The notes beneath the pieces were generated by a model. It was given only the letters and a program-made list of their open reading frames with translations. It had not been told where the DNA came from and did not search any database. A stretch of 63,973 nucleotides of DNA, counting the filler, from an uncultured Methanosarcinales archaeon (lineage in GTDB: Archaea > Nanobdellota > Nanobdellia > Woesearchaeales > B54-G15), in NCBI GenBank assembly GCA_964519225.1. It is 5 parts of 5 records of this genome, joined end to end, with 100 filler letters (N's around TTAATTAATTAA, not from the genome) between each part and the next. Parts side by side here need not be neighbours in the genome. Positions count along the whole stretch, not along the records: positions 29,163 to 43,467 come from CAZFJK010000019.1; positions 43,568 to 57,792 come from CAZFJK010000020.1; 3 more parts are not named here. One strand, given 5' to 3'. Below, one piece after another: positions 36,398 through 45,802 of this stretch (positions within the stretch are counted from its first letter, which is position 1; every line of letters begins with the position of its first letter). Both the position numbers and the translations under genes were made by a program.

Positions 36398-37552
36398 ATG
36401 TCTGAGAAAAAGAAAAATGAGGGCAGGATTAAAGAATTGCTAACATTTTCTAGTGCTTCTTTCCTGAATGATGTTGGTTCTGATATGCTCAGGCCTTTTT
36501 GGCCTATTTTTGTCACGAGCATACTTAATGCGCCTATGAGTTTTCTTGGATTGCTTGATGGTTTAGGCGAAGCAATAGCTTATGCTGTTCGCTTTCCAGG
36601 AGGATACCTATCTGATAAGCTCAGGCAGAGAAAACCATTTATCTGGTTTGGGTATTTGTTTGCTGCCTTTGCAAGGATCGGTTATGCAATGTCGAGATTT
36701 GCAGGTATGCTCCTTCCTTTTAAGATATTAGACAGGTTGGGAAAAATAAGAGATCCGCCTAGAGATGCTTTGCTAAGCGAGGTTGTCGATAAGCGTAAAA
36801 GAGGTAGGGGCTTTGGATTTTTAACGGCTGCTGATAATCTCGGTGCAACGCTAGGGCCGTTGATTGCTTTTTTGATTTTTCCATTCCTTGGTTTTAGGAA
36901 ACTTTTTCTTGTTGCAGCTATCCCAAGCTTTGTTAGTGCTTTTTTGATTTTTTCTTTGATACGTGAAAAAAGACCGACTAAGAAGACTGGATTTAAACTT
37001 AGGTTTAATGAATTGGATAGGCGTTTGAAATTGTTAATATTTAGTTCTGCTATCTTTGCATTAGGATGGTTTTCGCTTTCGTTCTTTGTTGTTTTTGTAA
37101 CGCAAAGTGTTAAGATTGGATTCGTGCCCCTGCTTTTTATAACAATGAGTGGGTTTGCTTCATTAGCTGCTTATCCTGCTGGAAGAATTTCTGACAGGAT
37201 CGGAAGAAAAGTCGTTCTTTTAACAGGATATCTATTGTTTAGTTTGGTTTGTTTCTTGTTTGTTCATGCTAAGTTAAATCTATTCAGCGCATTTGTTCTT
37301 TTTGCTTTATATGGCGTACATTATGGTATTATAACAACGTTACAATCACCTTTTGTTGCTGACCTTTCGAAGAAAACATTAAGAGCCAGTGCGATTGGTA
37401 TTTTTCAAACTGTTTTTGGGTTGTGCAGTTTGCCTGCTTCGCTTATAGCTGGATTTCTGTGGGATGCGTTTTCTGCGAGTGTTGCTTTTTATTATGGGAT
37501 GTTTGTCTCATTGGTCGGTGCAGTCTTGTTTTTTGTTCTGGTGCGGTCTTAA
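36398..37552 (+). CDS. MFS transporter
   Basis: About 12 TMs; GYLSDK, PPRDALL and GRISDRIGRK motifs. Confidence 0.92.
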   Translation: MSEKKKNEGRIKELLTFSSASFLNDVGSDMLRPFWPIFVTSILNAPMSFLGLLDGLGEAIAYAVRFPGGYLSDKLRQRKPFIWFGYLFAAFARIGYAMSRFAGMLLPFKILDRLGKIRDPPRDALLSEVVDKRKRGRGFGFLTAADNLGATLGPLIAFLIFPFLGFRKLFLVAAIPSFVSAFLIFSLIREKRPTKKTGFKLRFNELDRRLKLLIFSSAIFALGWFSLSFFVVFVTQSVKIGFVPLLFITMSGFASLAAYPAGRISDRIGRKVVLLTGYLLFSLVCFLFVHAKLNLFSAFVLFALYGVHYGIITTLQSPFVADLSKKTLRASAIGIFQTVFGLCSLPASLIAGFLWDAFSASVAFYYGMFVSLVGAVLFFVLVRS

Positions 37553-37679
37553 AAATTTTAATACTTAAAAGGTACTATACTTGATAGGTATAATTTGCTG
37601 ATTTTTTTAGAAGGTGTCTTTTTAATTAAGAAAAAAACAAATAACTTTTTAAATAGATATTTCGAAGAATATATTTAGA

Positions 37680-39551
37680 ATGTCTAAAGGTTTTAAAGAC
37701 TTGAATTTTAAAACAACGGCAGAGATACCTGTTCCAAAGAAGTTGATAGATCAAGTTATTGGACAAGATGAAGCAATTGAGGTGATAAGAAAAGCAGCGC
37801 AGCAAAGACGGCATGTTCTGCTTATAGGCGAACCTGGAACAGGAAAGAGTATGCTTGGTTTAGCTTTAGCTGAATTGCTACCGAAAGAAAAGCTGGTGGA
37901 CGTTCTTTCGCTGCCCAATCCTAATGACGAGAATCAGCCGATCATCAAAACTGTTCCAGCTGGAGAAGGAAGAAAGATTGTAATGAATGCTAGGCTTCAT
38001 GCGATAGGTCTGAATAGAACAAAAACTTTTGTTTTCTTTGCTGTTGCTTTCTTTACACTGCTTGTACCATGGTGGATCAGAAGCTATTATAAGTCAAATA
38101 TAATGTTTGCTGCTTTTTTTCTCGGCGGAATGATATTTCTTGCTGCGTTAGTTTTGTTTATGAATATGAATATCAGAAGAACAAGCTATGAGAATGTTCC
38201 CAAACTGGTTGTTGATAATTATAAGCAGGAGAAAGCACCTTTTTATGATGCTACTGGAGCACATGCCGGTGCTTTACTTGGAGATGTTTTGCATGATCCT
38301 TATCAAAGCGGCGGGCTCGGAACGCCTGCTCATCAAAGGGTTGTTGCAGGAATGATTCACAAAGCGCATCTCGGTGTTTTATTCATAGACGAAATAGCAA
38401 CATTGCAGCCGCATACCCAGCAGGAATTGCTTACTGCATTGCAAGAAGGAAAGTATGCGATAACTGGGCAAAGCGAAAGAAGTGCTGGCGCAATGGTAAG
38501 GACAGAACCAGTGCCGTGCAAATTCATTTTGGTTGCTGCAGGAAATTTTGAAACAATAAAGCAGATGCATCCTGCTTTAAGGAGCAGAATAAGGGGTTAT
38601 GGCTATGAGGTTTATATGAATGATACAATGCCCGATAATGCTGAAAACAGAGCAAAGCTTGCAAGGTTTGTTGCGCAAGAAGTTATGAAAGATGGAAGAA
38701 TTCCTCATTTCGGCAAGGATGCTGTTCTTGCAATAATTGAGGAAGCAAGAAAAAGGGCTAATAGGAAGGGTCATTTAACTTTAAGATTAAGGGAACTTGG
38801 TGGTTTAGTTAGGGCAGCAGGAGACCTTGCGCTTGAAGAAGGTAAAAAGATTGTCGAAGCAAGGCATGTGGTTGAAGCAAAAAAGATCGCAAGAACACTT
38901 GAGCAGCAAATAGCTGATAAGTTTATCGAAAAGAAAAAGGAATACGAGGTAATATTAACTAAAGGAACGAAAATAGGAAGGGTGAATGGTTTAGCTGTTA
39001 TTGGAACAGAAGGAGCTTATAGCGGAATAATACTGCCGATTGAAGCGAGCGTTGTTCCTGGCGGAAAAGAAAAAGAAATTGTTGCAACAGGAAAGCTTGG
39101 AGAGATCGCAAAAGAAGCAATAAAGAATGTAAGTGCTATTGTTAAGCGGTATTTTGGTGAAGATTTAAAGAAAAATTATGATATTCATGTTCAATTTTTG
39201 CAGACCTATGAGGGTGTTGAAGGTGATAGCGCAAGTATTGCTGTTGCGACTGCCATAGTTTCTGCATTGAAGCAGATTCCTGTTAAGCAAACTGTTGCTC
39301 TAACTGGAAGCTTGAGTGTAAATGGGAATGTGCTGCCAATCGGCGGAGTTACTGCTAAAGTCGAGGCTGCTATTGATGCTGGTCTGAAAGAGATTATTAT
39401 TCCAAAAGCTAATAGCAAAGATATTGTTTTGAAGAAAGAGCGATTGAAAAAAATTAAAATAATCCCTGTAACGAGAATAGAAGAAGTGCTGGAGCATGCG
39501 CTTGACTGGAAAGGGAAGGAAAAGTTACTGAATCTTTTCAAGAAAAGTTAG
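37680..39551 (+). CDS. lonB: Archaeal membrane-bound Lon protease (LonB)
   Basis: DQVIGQ, GEPGTGKS, two TMs inside the AAA domain, LFIDE, catalytic GDSAS and KVEAA. Confidence 0.96.
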   Translation: MSKGFKDLNFKTTAEIPVPKKLIDQVIGQDEAIEVIRKAAQQRRHVLLIGEPGTGKSMLGLALAELLPKEKLVDVLSLPNPNDENQPIIKTVPAGEGRKIVMNARLHAIGLNRTKTFVFFAVAFFTLLVPWWIRSYYKSNIMFAAFFLGGMIFLAALVLFMNMNIRRTSYENVPKLVVDNYKQEKAPFYDATGAHAGALLGDVLHDPYQSGGLGTPAHQRVVAGMIHKAHLGVLFIDEIATLQPHTQQELLTALQEGKYAITGQSERSAGAMVRTEPVPCKFILVAAGNFETIKQMHPALRSRIRGYGYEVYMNDTMPDNAENRAKLARFVAQEVMKDGRIPHFGKDAVLAIIEEARKRANRKGHLTLRLRELGGLVRAAGDLALEEGKKIVEARHVVEAKKIARTLEQQIADKFIEKKKEYEVILTKGTKIGRVNGLAVIGTEGAYSGIILPIEASVVPGGKEKEIVATGKLGEIAKEAIKNVSAIVKRYFGEDLKKNYDIHVQFLQTYEGVEGDSASIAVATAIVSALKQIPVKQTVALTGSLSVNGNVLPIGGVTAKVEAAIDAGLKEIIIPKANSKDIVLKKERLKKIKIIPVTRIEEVLEHALDWKGKEKLLNLFKKS

Positions 39552-39600
39552 GGAAATGTTTTTATAAAAATAGTGATTAACTTGTTTTGGTGATCTTAAG

Positions 39601-40023
39601 TTGAAGCTTGTTGAGAGGATTGGTGAGCTTATAAGTAGGCTTTCAGCAAGCAATGTTGAAAGTATTAAACCTGGGCTTGTTTCTGCTGTTAATGAATTAA
39701 AGAAGTTGTTTTCTGAGGCAAAGGCGGAGCTTGAAAAAGGTGCTGGCATTGCTGTTAGTGTTAGTGCACAGGATTTTGAGGAATTGAAAAGAAAGCTCGA
39801 TCAGATTATTGACCAAAACAAGAAGATAGCACGGGGAATTCTCGTTCTTGCTGATATGCTTGAAGAGAAAAGAACTGGAAAGTTAACAATGGAAGAAGTT
39901 AAAGTTCCTTCTGGTCCTTCTGCTGAAAGAAAACTTCCAGTTAGGATTCCGCCGCCGTTCGAGCCAGAGCAAGGAAAAAAGAAAGGTTATCTTGAGCGAA
40001 TAGAAGAAGCTTTTAAAAAATGA
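39601..40023 (+). CDS. Coiled-coil hypothetical protein with Pro-rich, amphipathic C-terminus
   Basis: TTG start after a GGTGA SD; QNKKIARGILVLAD; ends KKKGYLERIEEAFKK. Confidence 0.7.
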   Translation: MKLVERIGELISRLSASNVESIKPGLVSAVNELKKLFSEAKAELEKGAGIAVSVSAQDFEELKRKLDQIIDQNKKIARGILVLADMLEEKRTGKLTMEEVKVPSGPSAERKLPVRIPPPFEPEQGKKKGYLERIEEAFKK

Positions 40024-40673
40024 TTGATGATAAAGCACTTGCTAAATGGATTCTGTTGAAAGAAACTAAGGTTGGGAGGGAAGCAGAGGAAGTGAAGGTG
40101 GAGAAAAAAGAAGAAAAAGATTTTTCTGAACTTGGAAAGGTGCTTTCTGAGTTAAAAGAAAAGATAGAAGCGCTTTCGTCTTTTGAAGAAAAAAAGACAG
40201 GAGAGATATTAGCTAAAGAAGATAGGCTTTTGGCTGGTGAAGAAAGGATTGAAAAAGAAGTTGGCGAAAGTCATGATGAATTGATTGAGATTGAAGAGCG
40301 GTTAAAACATATAGAAGAGTATTATGAAGAACTGAAAAAGAAAGGTGAACATAAAGGCTTGATTAAGGCAATAGGTGAAAAGATTGCAAGGCTGAAAGAG
40401 CTTTTATTTAAGAAGAAGATTGAGAGGGCTGAAAAAGAACTTATAGCAAGAGAGGAACTTGGAAAACCTGAATTCGTGAAAAAGGCTGAAAAGACAAGAC
40501 CTGTTGAAGAAAAGATAAAGCCTATGGTAAGACACAGGTTATTGCTTCCACCGCCGGCACCGCCGATTGAGATGAAGCGCGAAAAGGAATTTGGAGCATT
40601 GCCATTGTTGCCGCCACCACCGCCAAAGCCAAAAAAGAAAAAGGGATTTTTTGCAAAGCTTTTTGGAAAATGA
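40020..40673 (+). CDS. Coiled-coil protein with poly-Pro and amphipathic tail
   Basis: Ends LLPPPPPKPKKKKGFFAKLFGK; ATGA overlaps on both sides. Confidence 0.75.
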   Translation: MIDDKALAKWILLKETKVGREAEEVKVEKKEEKDFSELGKVLSELKEKIEALSSFEEKKTGEILAKEDRLLAGEERIEKEVGESHDELIEIEERLKHIEEYYEELKKKGEHKGLIKAIGEKIARLKELLFKKKIERAEKELIAREELGKPEFVKKAEKTRPVEEKIKPMVRHRLLLPPPAPPIEMKREKEFGALPLLPPPPPKPKKKKGFFAKLFGK

Positions 40674-40879
40674 AAATCGAAGAATGGACAAAGGAATTCA
40701 AGCAGAAGCTTGAAGAATATGAAAAGAAACATGGGAAGGAAAAAGAGGTTGAGAAAATACCTGTTGTTTTGAAGCGATGTCCGAAATGTTTTAATCTTAG
40801 CTTGGAGTATGATCCAAAAACAGGAAGGATTTATTGCACAAAATGCGGGTTCGAAGCGTACATTCCAAAAACAAAGTAA
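40670..40879 (+). CDS. Small Zn-ribbon protein
   Basis: CPKC..LSLEYDPKTGRIYCTKCG. Confidence 0.8.
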   Translation: MKIEEWTKEFKQKLEEYEKKHGKEKEVEKIPVVLKRCPKCFNLSLEYDPKTGRIYCTKCGFEAYIPKTK

Positions 40880-41409
40880 GAAAAAGCAAGGAAACATCAC
40901 TTTACAAAGAACAAAGGATTGGTGTTTTTGTTGATGTTCAGAATCTTTACTATAGTGCAAAGTATATCTATGGTGCTAAAGTAAATTTTGATGCTGTTTT
41001 AAAAGAGGCTGTGAAGGGAAGAAAGCTGATAAGGGCAATAGCTTATGTGATAAGAACAGAAGAGTTGAAAGAAGCTGCTTTTTTCGAAGCACTAAAGAAG
41101 ATCGGGTATGAGATAAGGGCAAAGGACTTGCAGGTTTTCTATGGCGGTGCAAAAAAGGGAGACTGGGATATCGGTATTGCGATGGATAGCATAGAGCTAG
41201 CACCGAAGTTGGATACAATAGTTTTAGTTAGCGGAGATGGTGATTTTGTGCCGTTGGTTAAACATCTGAAATACGCTCTGGGTTGCAGGGTTGAGGTTAT
41301 TGCTTTTGGAAAAAGTGCGTCAAGCAAGCTAATAGCTGAGGCTGATGACTTTGTTGATTTAGATGAAAATCCGAAGCGATTTTTGATCAAATGGAGAAAG
41401 CAAAAGTAG
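40843..41409 (+). CDS. NYN-domain (LabA/DUF88) protein
   Basis: VFVDVQN, KGDWDIGIAMD and LVSGDGDF motifs; the start codon is uncertain. Confidence 0.9.
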   Translation: MRVRSVHSKNKVRKSKETSLYKEQRIGVFVDVQNLYYSAKYIYGAKVNFDAVLKEAVKGRKLIRAIAYVIRTEELKEAAFFEALKKIGYEIRAKDLQVFYGGAKKGDWDIGIAMDSIELAPKLDTIVLVSGDGDFVPLVKHLKYALGCRVEVIAFGKSASSKLIAEADDFVDLDENPKRFLIKWRKQK

Positions 41410-41978
41410 CGTTGCTTGGCTTTGTTTTTTCTTTGATTGTTTTCTTGCTTTGCATTAGAAGTGTGTTTTTTGAAACTGAAAATGAAAAGCAAAAACAGGT
41501 TGTTGGTTTTTTATTTGGTAAAAGCAGTTATTCAGCTTTAGCCGGATTAAATTTTTCTAAAGCTGAGGTTGAGCATCTTCTTGAGGTGAAGGGTTTTGTC
41601 TTTATTGGAAGGATTTTGCTTTTTTGCTTGCTTGCTTTTTTCTTCGGTTTTTTGATTGTTGATATTGCAAATAGAAAAGAACGGCTTTTTCTCTATGGCG
41701 GGATTTCTGGAGCTTTTATTTTGCTTTTTGGGTTTATTGCAATGTTAAGTTTTGATCAGAGTTTTGAATTAATGCATGGGTTGTTTTTTAAAACGCAATG
41801 GCAGTTTGGCGAGAATAGTTTGTTGATTAAAATGTTTCCTTATGAATTTTTTGTAGAAAGAGCTAAGATGATTCTATTTAGATTTTCTGTATTTGTTGTT
41901 TCGTGCTTTGCAATCAGCTTTCTACTTCGACGCGTATTTGCTGTACGCCGTAAGGCTCGCTATTCTTTGAAACGTTAA
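41391..41978 (+). CDS. DUF1461-like integral membrane protein
   Basis: Four TMs; EVEHLLEVK, F...H..FF...W.F and LIKMFP..FF motifs. Confidence 0.75.
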   Translation: MEKAKVALLGFVFSLIVFLLCIRSVFFETENEKQKQVVGFLFGKSSYSALAGLNFSKAEVEHLLEVKGFVFIGRILLFCLLAFFFGFLIVDIANRKERLFLYGGISGAFILLFGFIAMLSFDQSFELMHGLFFKTQWQFGENSLLIKMFPYEFFVERAKMILFRFSVFVVSCFAISFLLRRVFAVRRKARYSLKR

Positions 41979-42429
41979 TCGTGATTATATACATTCCTGG
42001 CAGGGCATTTTTCTTTGCCTCAACGCCAATAGCGATTCTTTTTTCTGACTTTGCCGGAATTTGGACTCGTTCGTGCGTTAAGATGTTTATGTTATTTTCG
42101 CATCCTATCTGTCTATTTTCGGCTGATATTCCAGAACAAGATCGATTAATTTCAAAGGTTTTTTTCTGATTATCATCGTTGAATATTTTCATGCCGAAGA
42201 TTGTGAATTCTCCTGGATGGATTTTTTTATAGTTTATTGGAATGCAAACAAGTCCTTCGCATTGGATTGATTCGATTTTTTTATCGAGCTCTTCTTGGGT
42301 ATAGCTTGCAAGACTCTTTGCTTTTGTTAGTATTGTTGTGAAGAAATAGATGGATAGGCTTATTATAACGAGCGATAGAATAATGATAACGAGAAAATTT
42401 ATAGATAATGTTATTGCTTTTCTGTTCAT
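41914..42429 (-). CDS. Pilin-like protein (class III signal peptide)
   Basis: MNRKA|ITLSINFLVIIILSLV followed by a beta-rich domain. Confidence 0.75.
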   Translation of the reverse strand: MNRKAITLSINFLVIIILSLVIISLSIYFFTTILTKAKSLASYTQEELDKKIESIQCEGLVCIPINYKKIHPGEFTIFGMKIFNDDNQKKTFEINRSCSGISAENRQIGCENNINILTHERVQIPAKSEKRIAIGVEAKKNALPGMYIITINVSKNSEPYGVQQIRVEVES

Positions 42430-42433
42430 TTGA

Positions 42434-42649
42434 TTATCTCGCTATGATCTCGTATTCTTTTATGATTATGTAAAGGAAGAGAAACAATACTATTATTCCT
42501 GCAAGCATGTAATATGCGCCGTCAGTAATGCCCTTTTCAAGCATCTTGTATAGGCCAAAAACAATTAGGAAGAACCCTATCCACAGAAATTTATCAAGCA
42601 CCAACTTCATTATTTCGAATTCTTGCTGTGGAGTGAGTCTCTTTTTCAT
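42434..42649 (-). CDS. Small two-TM protein
   Basis: QEFEIMKLVLDKFLW plus two hydrophobic helices. Confidence 0.7.
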   Translation of the reverse strand: MKKRLTPQQEFEIMKLVLDKFLWIGFFLIVFGLYKMLEKGITDGAYYMLAGIIVLFLFLYIIIKEYEIIAR

Positions 42650-42650
42650 T

Positions 42651-43175
42651 TTAGCTTGTTACTTGCAGGAAGAATTGTTTTGATTCGAATTTTTTTATCG
42701 TTTCTGTTGTATCTTCAGTTACAGTTGAATAAACTGCAATTTCACAGATGTATCTTCCGAGACGTAAGCCATTTTCTTTTAAAATCGCTTTGTATGCTCT
42801 TGCTTCTCCTGGTGGAATATCTTGGCTGATAGCTGTAATTGTTGGTAAATTTTCAGTTACTTTGTTGCCTTCTTCAGTTATGCAATTTGTGATATTAAGA
42901 AAGGCCTCATATTTTGTATCTGCATATCGATTATATACGCCAACTTTCAGCGTTTCTATTTTTTTTTGTTTTATATCAATACTATCAGGAAATACTATTG
43001 GTCTTTCTGCAGTTGGCTCTGCTTCAAGTTCTGTTAGTGCTATTGCTTCTGGAATTTTTTTCATAGCTCCTTTGAAGATTGTTTTTGTCAGGGTCAAGCC
43101 CAAGCCAAGAACGACAAAAGCAATGACGATTATAACTATGGCGGTAACAGAAAGCGATAATGCACCTTTTCGCAT
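42651..43175 (-). CDS. Pilin-like protein (class III signal peptide)
   Basis: MRKGA|LSLSVTAIVIIVIAFVVL; GAGGTG SD. Confidence 0.78.
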   Translation of the reverse strand: MRKGALSLSVTAIVIIVIAFVVLGLGLTLTKTIFKGAMKKIPEAIALTELEAEPTAERPIVFPDSIDIKQKKIETLKVGVYNRYADTKYEAFLNITNCITEEGNKVTENLPTITAISQDIPPGEARAYKAILKENGLRLGRYICEIAVYSTVTEDTTETIKKFESKQFFLQVTS

Positions 43176-43216
43176 TTTAACAGCACCTCTTTTGAAAAGG
43201 AGAAAAGAAAGGAATT

Positions 43217-43467
43217 TTATAAAAGTTTCGAAGATTCTAAAATTTTCTCGTCCACTGTGCCTTTTGTTGTGATTTTTATATGCTCTCCTTCTTTAAAAAC
43301 CCTAACAACACCATCAACGATATGTTCCATTGTTATAATAGTTTTTTCGTCATGCATTCCTTCTTCGAGAAATAGGAATATATCGCCGCCCGCCTTTTTA
43401 ATCTTGCCGATTAATATCTGAAGAAACCTTGCAACCGTAGAAGAATTTGCATAAAGTAGGATTGTTG
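43217..43467 (-). CDS. C-terminal part of a RAD55/KaiC-like RecA-fold protein, 5'-truncated
   Basis: Not in the ORF track. Reads TILLYANSSTVARFLQILIGKIKKAGG...LEEGMHDEKTIITMEHIVDGVV. Confidence 0.7.
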
Positions 43468-43567
43468 NNNNNNNNNNNNNNNNNNNNNNNNNNNNNNNNN
43501 NNNNNNNNNNNTTAATTAATTAANNNNNNNNNNNNNNNNNNNNNNNNNNNNNNNNNNNNNNNNNNNN
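43468..43567. other. Artificial contig linker
   Basis: N-run + TTAATTAATTAA + N-run. Confidence 0.98.
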
Positions 43568-44009
43568 GTCTTTGCAGAATTTCATACACTTCTCTCAAAT
43601 TTACAAATTCTGCATCACCATGCTTTTTCGTAAGATATAACAAAACTTTCGCATTTACAACCCCGATTTTATTTGAAACATAAACAAAATCTTCAAAGTC
43701 ACAATGCTCACGCACAGAAGCAAATTCCTTTATTATCCCTAAAACATTTTTCGGATCTTTCAGATTAAGTCCTCTGTATGTCAAAACAGTAAAAGGGCTT
43801 AAATTAGAAGCATCGCATACTTCAAGTAAACCTTGCACATCATAAACAGACCATCCATTACGCTCTACTAAGTTTCTTATCATCGATTGCATGCTGCGCG
43901 GAAATCCCTCAACAAAATTCTCCAGACTATCATATCTAACATTGCCCCTGCCACCAAAACCGCTACACAGTTTTTCAGAAGGAAAATCGTACCAACCATT
44001 ATCTCGCAT
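43568..44009 (-). CDS. Hypothetical protein, 3'-truncated
   Basis: GAGGTGA SD; the frame is open to the contig edge. Confidence 0.65.
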
Positions 44010-44099
44010 TTTCTCACCTCAGACATATAAAACATATAAACAATATAGAACCGAAAACGAGCTTCTTTTTAAAGTTTGCGAAATCTAAGCGTCCAGGCT

Positions 44100-44648
44100 T
44101 CAAGTAGATTCCAAAATTTTCTTCACTTTATTGATAAAAGAAACAGTATTGTTTTTTGCTTTTTCCACTAAACGAAGTTCAAAACTAGCAGAAACATCAT
44201 AACTTGCTCTCTCCCTTAAATCTTTTGTTTTTGTAATAATTTCTATATCCTCCTTATCGATACTTTCTTTTATCAACTCAATATCTTTTTCATTAAGCTT
44301 TTTGTGTTGATGATAATAAAACCAGATTACTGCACATAAAGTTGCGTTATGCGACTTGGAAGCAAAACCTTTCGCAGAAATTAATGCTAAAGCAGCATGA
44401 TAAATTGCATAATAATAAGCGTTAATGACCCAATCATAAAACCTTTCCTCCCCAAATAATTCTGAAAGTTCATTATTGTGCTTTTCTTTAACCCAATTAG
44501 CAAAATCAAGATTGTGTTTTGCTTTTTTGAGATACAATTCTTTACTTAGCCTTGTTTTTCTAAGTACACCTTTTTTAATATAATCATTAAGCCATCTCTT
44601 GCACAATCTTTTGCTCTTAACCCAATCCCTCCAATTAGGCAACTTCAT
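44100..44648 (-). CDS. HEPN-domain protein (toxin of an MNT-HEPN pair)
   Basis: AYYAIYHAALAL, SKSH and LRERASY motifs. Confidence 0.88.
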   Translation of the reverse strand: MKLPNWRDWVKSKRLCKRWLNDYIKKGVLRKTRLSKELYLKKAKHNLDFANWVKEKHNNELSELFGEERFYDWVINAYYYAIYHAALALISAKGFASKSHNATLCAVIWFYYHQHKKLNEKDIELIKESIDKEDIEIITKTKDLRERASYDVSASFELRLVEKAKNNTVSFINKVKKILEST

Positions 44649-45219
44649 TCTCTAGCAACACCCACCATTCTATGCCATTTATCAGGATTTTATTGTTTTT
44701 AATCTGTTTCATAAATTTATCCTTTCTATCAAAAAATTTTTTGCTGAATTCCCGCCATGATAAATACACAGGTTCTAGCTTAACATTGTATCTCCCTGAA
44801 ATAATTTTTGCTTTTTCTTCTATTTCTTCTTCTACCTCATTGAATACAAGTAAAATGTCTAAATCACTTTGCTTTGTATAATCGCCAACAGCATAAGAAC
44901 CAAAAATTAAAGTCAGTACTGGCTTATTTTTAAGAATTTTTAAAAAATCAAAAACAGCATCTTGAACGTGTTTTGGAAGTTTCAAAATTCTAGAATATTC
45001 AATGTTATACAAAGAGGGAATAGCCAACTTATTCTTGTAATTAATATAAAATTTCAAGTTTCTTCCTTCTCTTCTAGATTTTATTAATCTTTTTTTAATT
45101 AATTTATTCAGACCATGTTTAACAGACGGTATGCCAAGCTTTAATTTCCTGGCTAAAGATCTAACATAAATTCCAGGATTCAAATAAATTAACTTTAAAA
45201 GTTTGAGTTCTGTATTCAT
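44635..45219 (-). CDS. wHTH-fused minimal nucleotidyltransferase (antitoxin)
   Basis: N-terminal HTH (VRSLARKLKL); FGSYAVG....SDLDIL. Confidence 0.9.
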   Translation of the reverse strand: MNTELKLLKLIYLNPGIYVRSLARKLKLGIPSVKHGLNKLIKKRLIKSRREGRNLKFYINYKNKLAIPSLYNIEYSRILKLPKHVQDAVFDFLKILKNKPVLTLIFGSYAVGDYTKQSDLDILLVFNEVEEEIEEKAKIISGRYNVKLEPVYLSWREFSKKFFDRKDKFMKQIKNNKILINGIEWWVLLENEVA

Positions 45220-45250
45220 GATATATAAAGTATATCATATGATATATAAA
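45218..45250. promoter_or_regulatory. Repeat/palindrome operator overlapping the MNT promoter
   Basis: Perfect palindrome TATATCATATGATATA at 45231-45246; direct repeat ATGATATATAAA at 45218 and 45239. Confidence 0.6.
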
Positions 45251-45355
45251 TTTTTCCAAAAAATATTTTATTGTTCGTTGGTTTAATAATAAAATAGTGA
45301 GCAAATTTTTTATATATTATTCGTTCTCTTTTCAATAAAAAGAGGTTGAAAAAAA

Positions 45356-45553
45356 ATGGTTATTTGGCCTTTTAAAAACAAGAATCAAGAAAAAAACGGA
45401 GGGATAGTAATCGCTTTGTTTGGGTTGATACTTTTAGCGCTTGGAGTAGCCAATCCAAATCTTTTAACGATACTAGGACTAAATATCGGACTTATATTAG
45501 GAATTATCTGTTTTTTTATAGGTTTGTTCTATTTTTTGGATTCAACATCATAG
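45356..45553 (+). CDS. Small two-TM hypothetical protein
   Basis: GAGG SD; two hydrophobic helices. Confidence 0.6.
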   Translation: MVIWPFKNKNQEKNGGIVIALFGLILLALGVANPNLLTILGLNIGLILGIICFFIGLFYFLDSTS

Positions 45554-45561
45554 TTCAAAAG

Positions 45562-45801
45562 ATGGACGAGAAACAAAAGAACCTGCTCGACTTGAAATAT
45601 CAGAAATACTTGAATTATATGAGCATGGTAGTGATATTACTTATCTCTTCCTTTGTAACAATAATAATAGGGATAAAGAGTTTACACAGAACAAATATCT
45701 TAATTCCATTGGTGATTATTTTTTTAGTAACTTTAGCATGTATTATTTTATATTTTGAATCCAAATTAACAGAGATCCTTCACAAGATCAAAGAATTATA
45801 A
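45562..45801 (+). CDS. Small two-TM hypothetical protein
   Basis: KNLLDLKYQKYL plus two hydrophobic helices. Confidence 0.6.
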   Translation: MDEKQKNLLDLKYQKYLNYMSMVVILLISSFVTIIIGIKSLHRTNILIPLVIIFLVTLACIILYFESKLTEILHKIKEL

Positions 45802-45802
45802 C

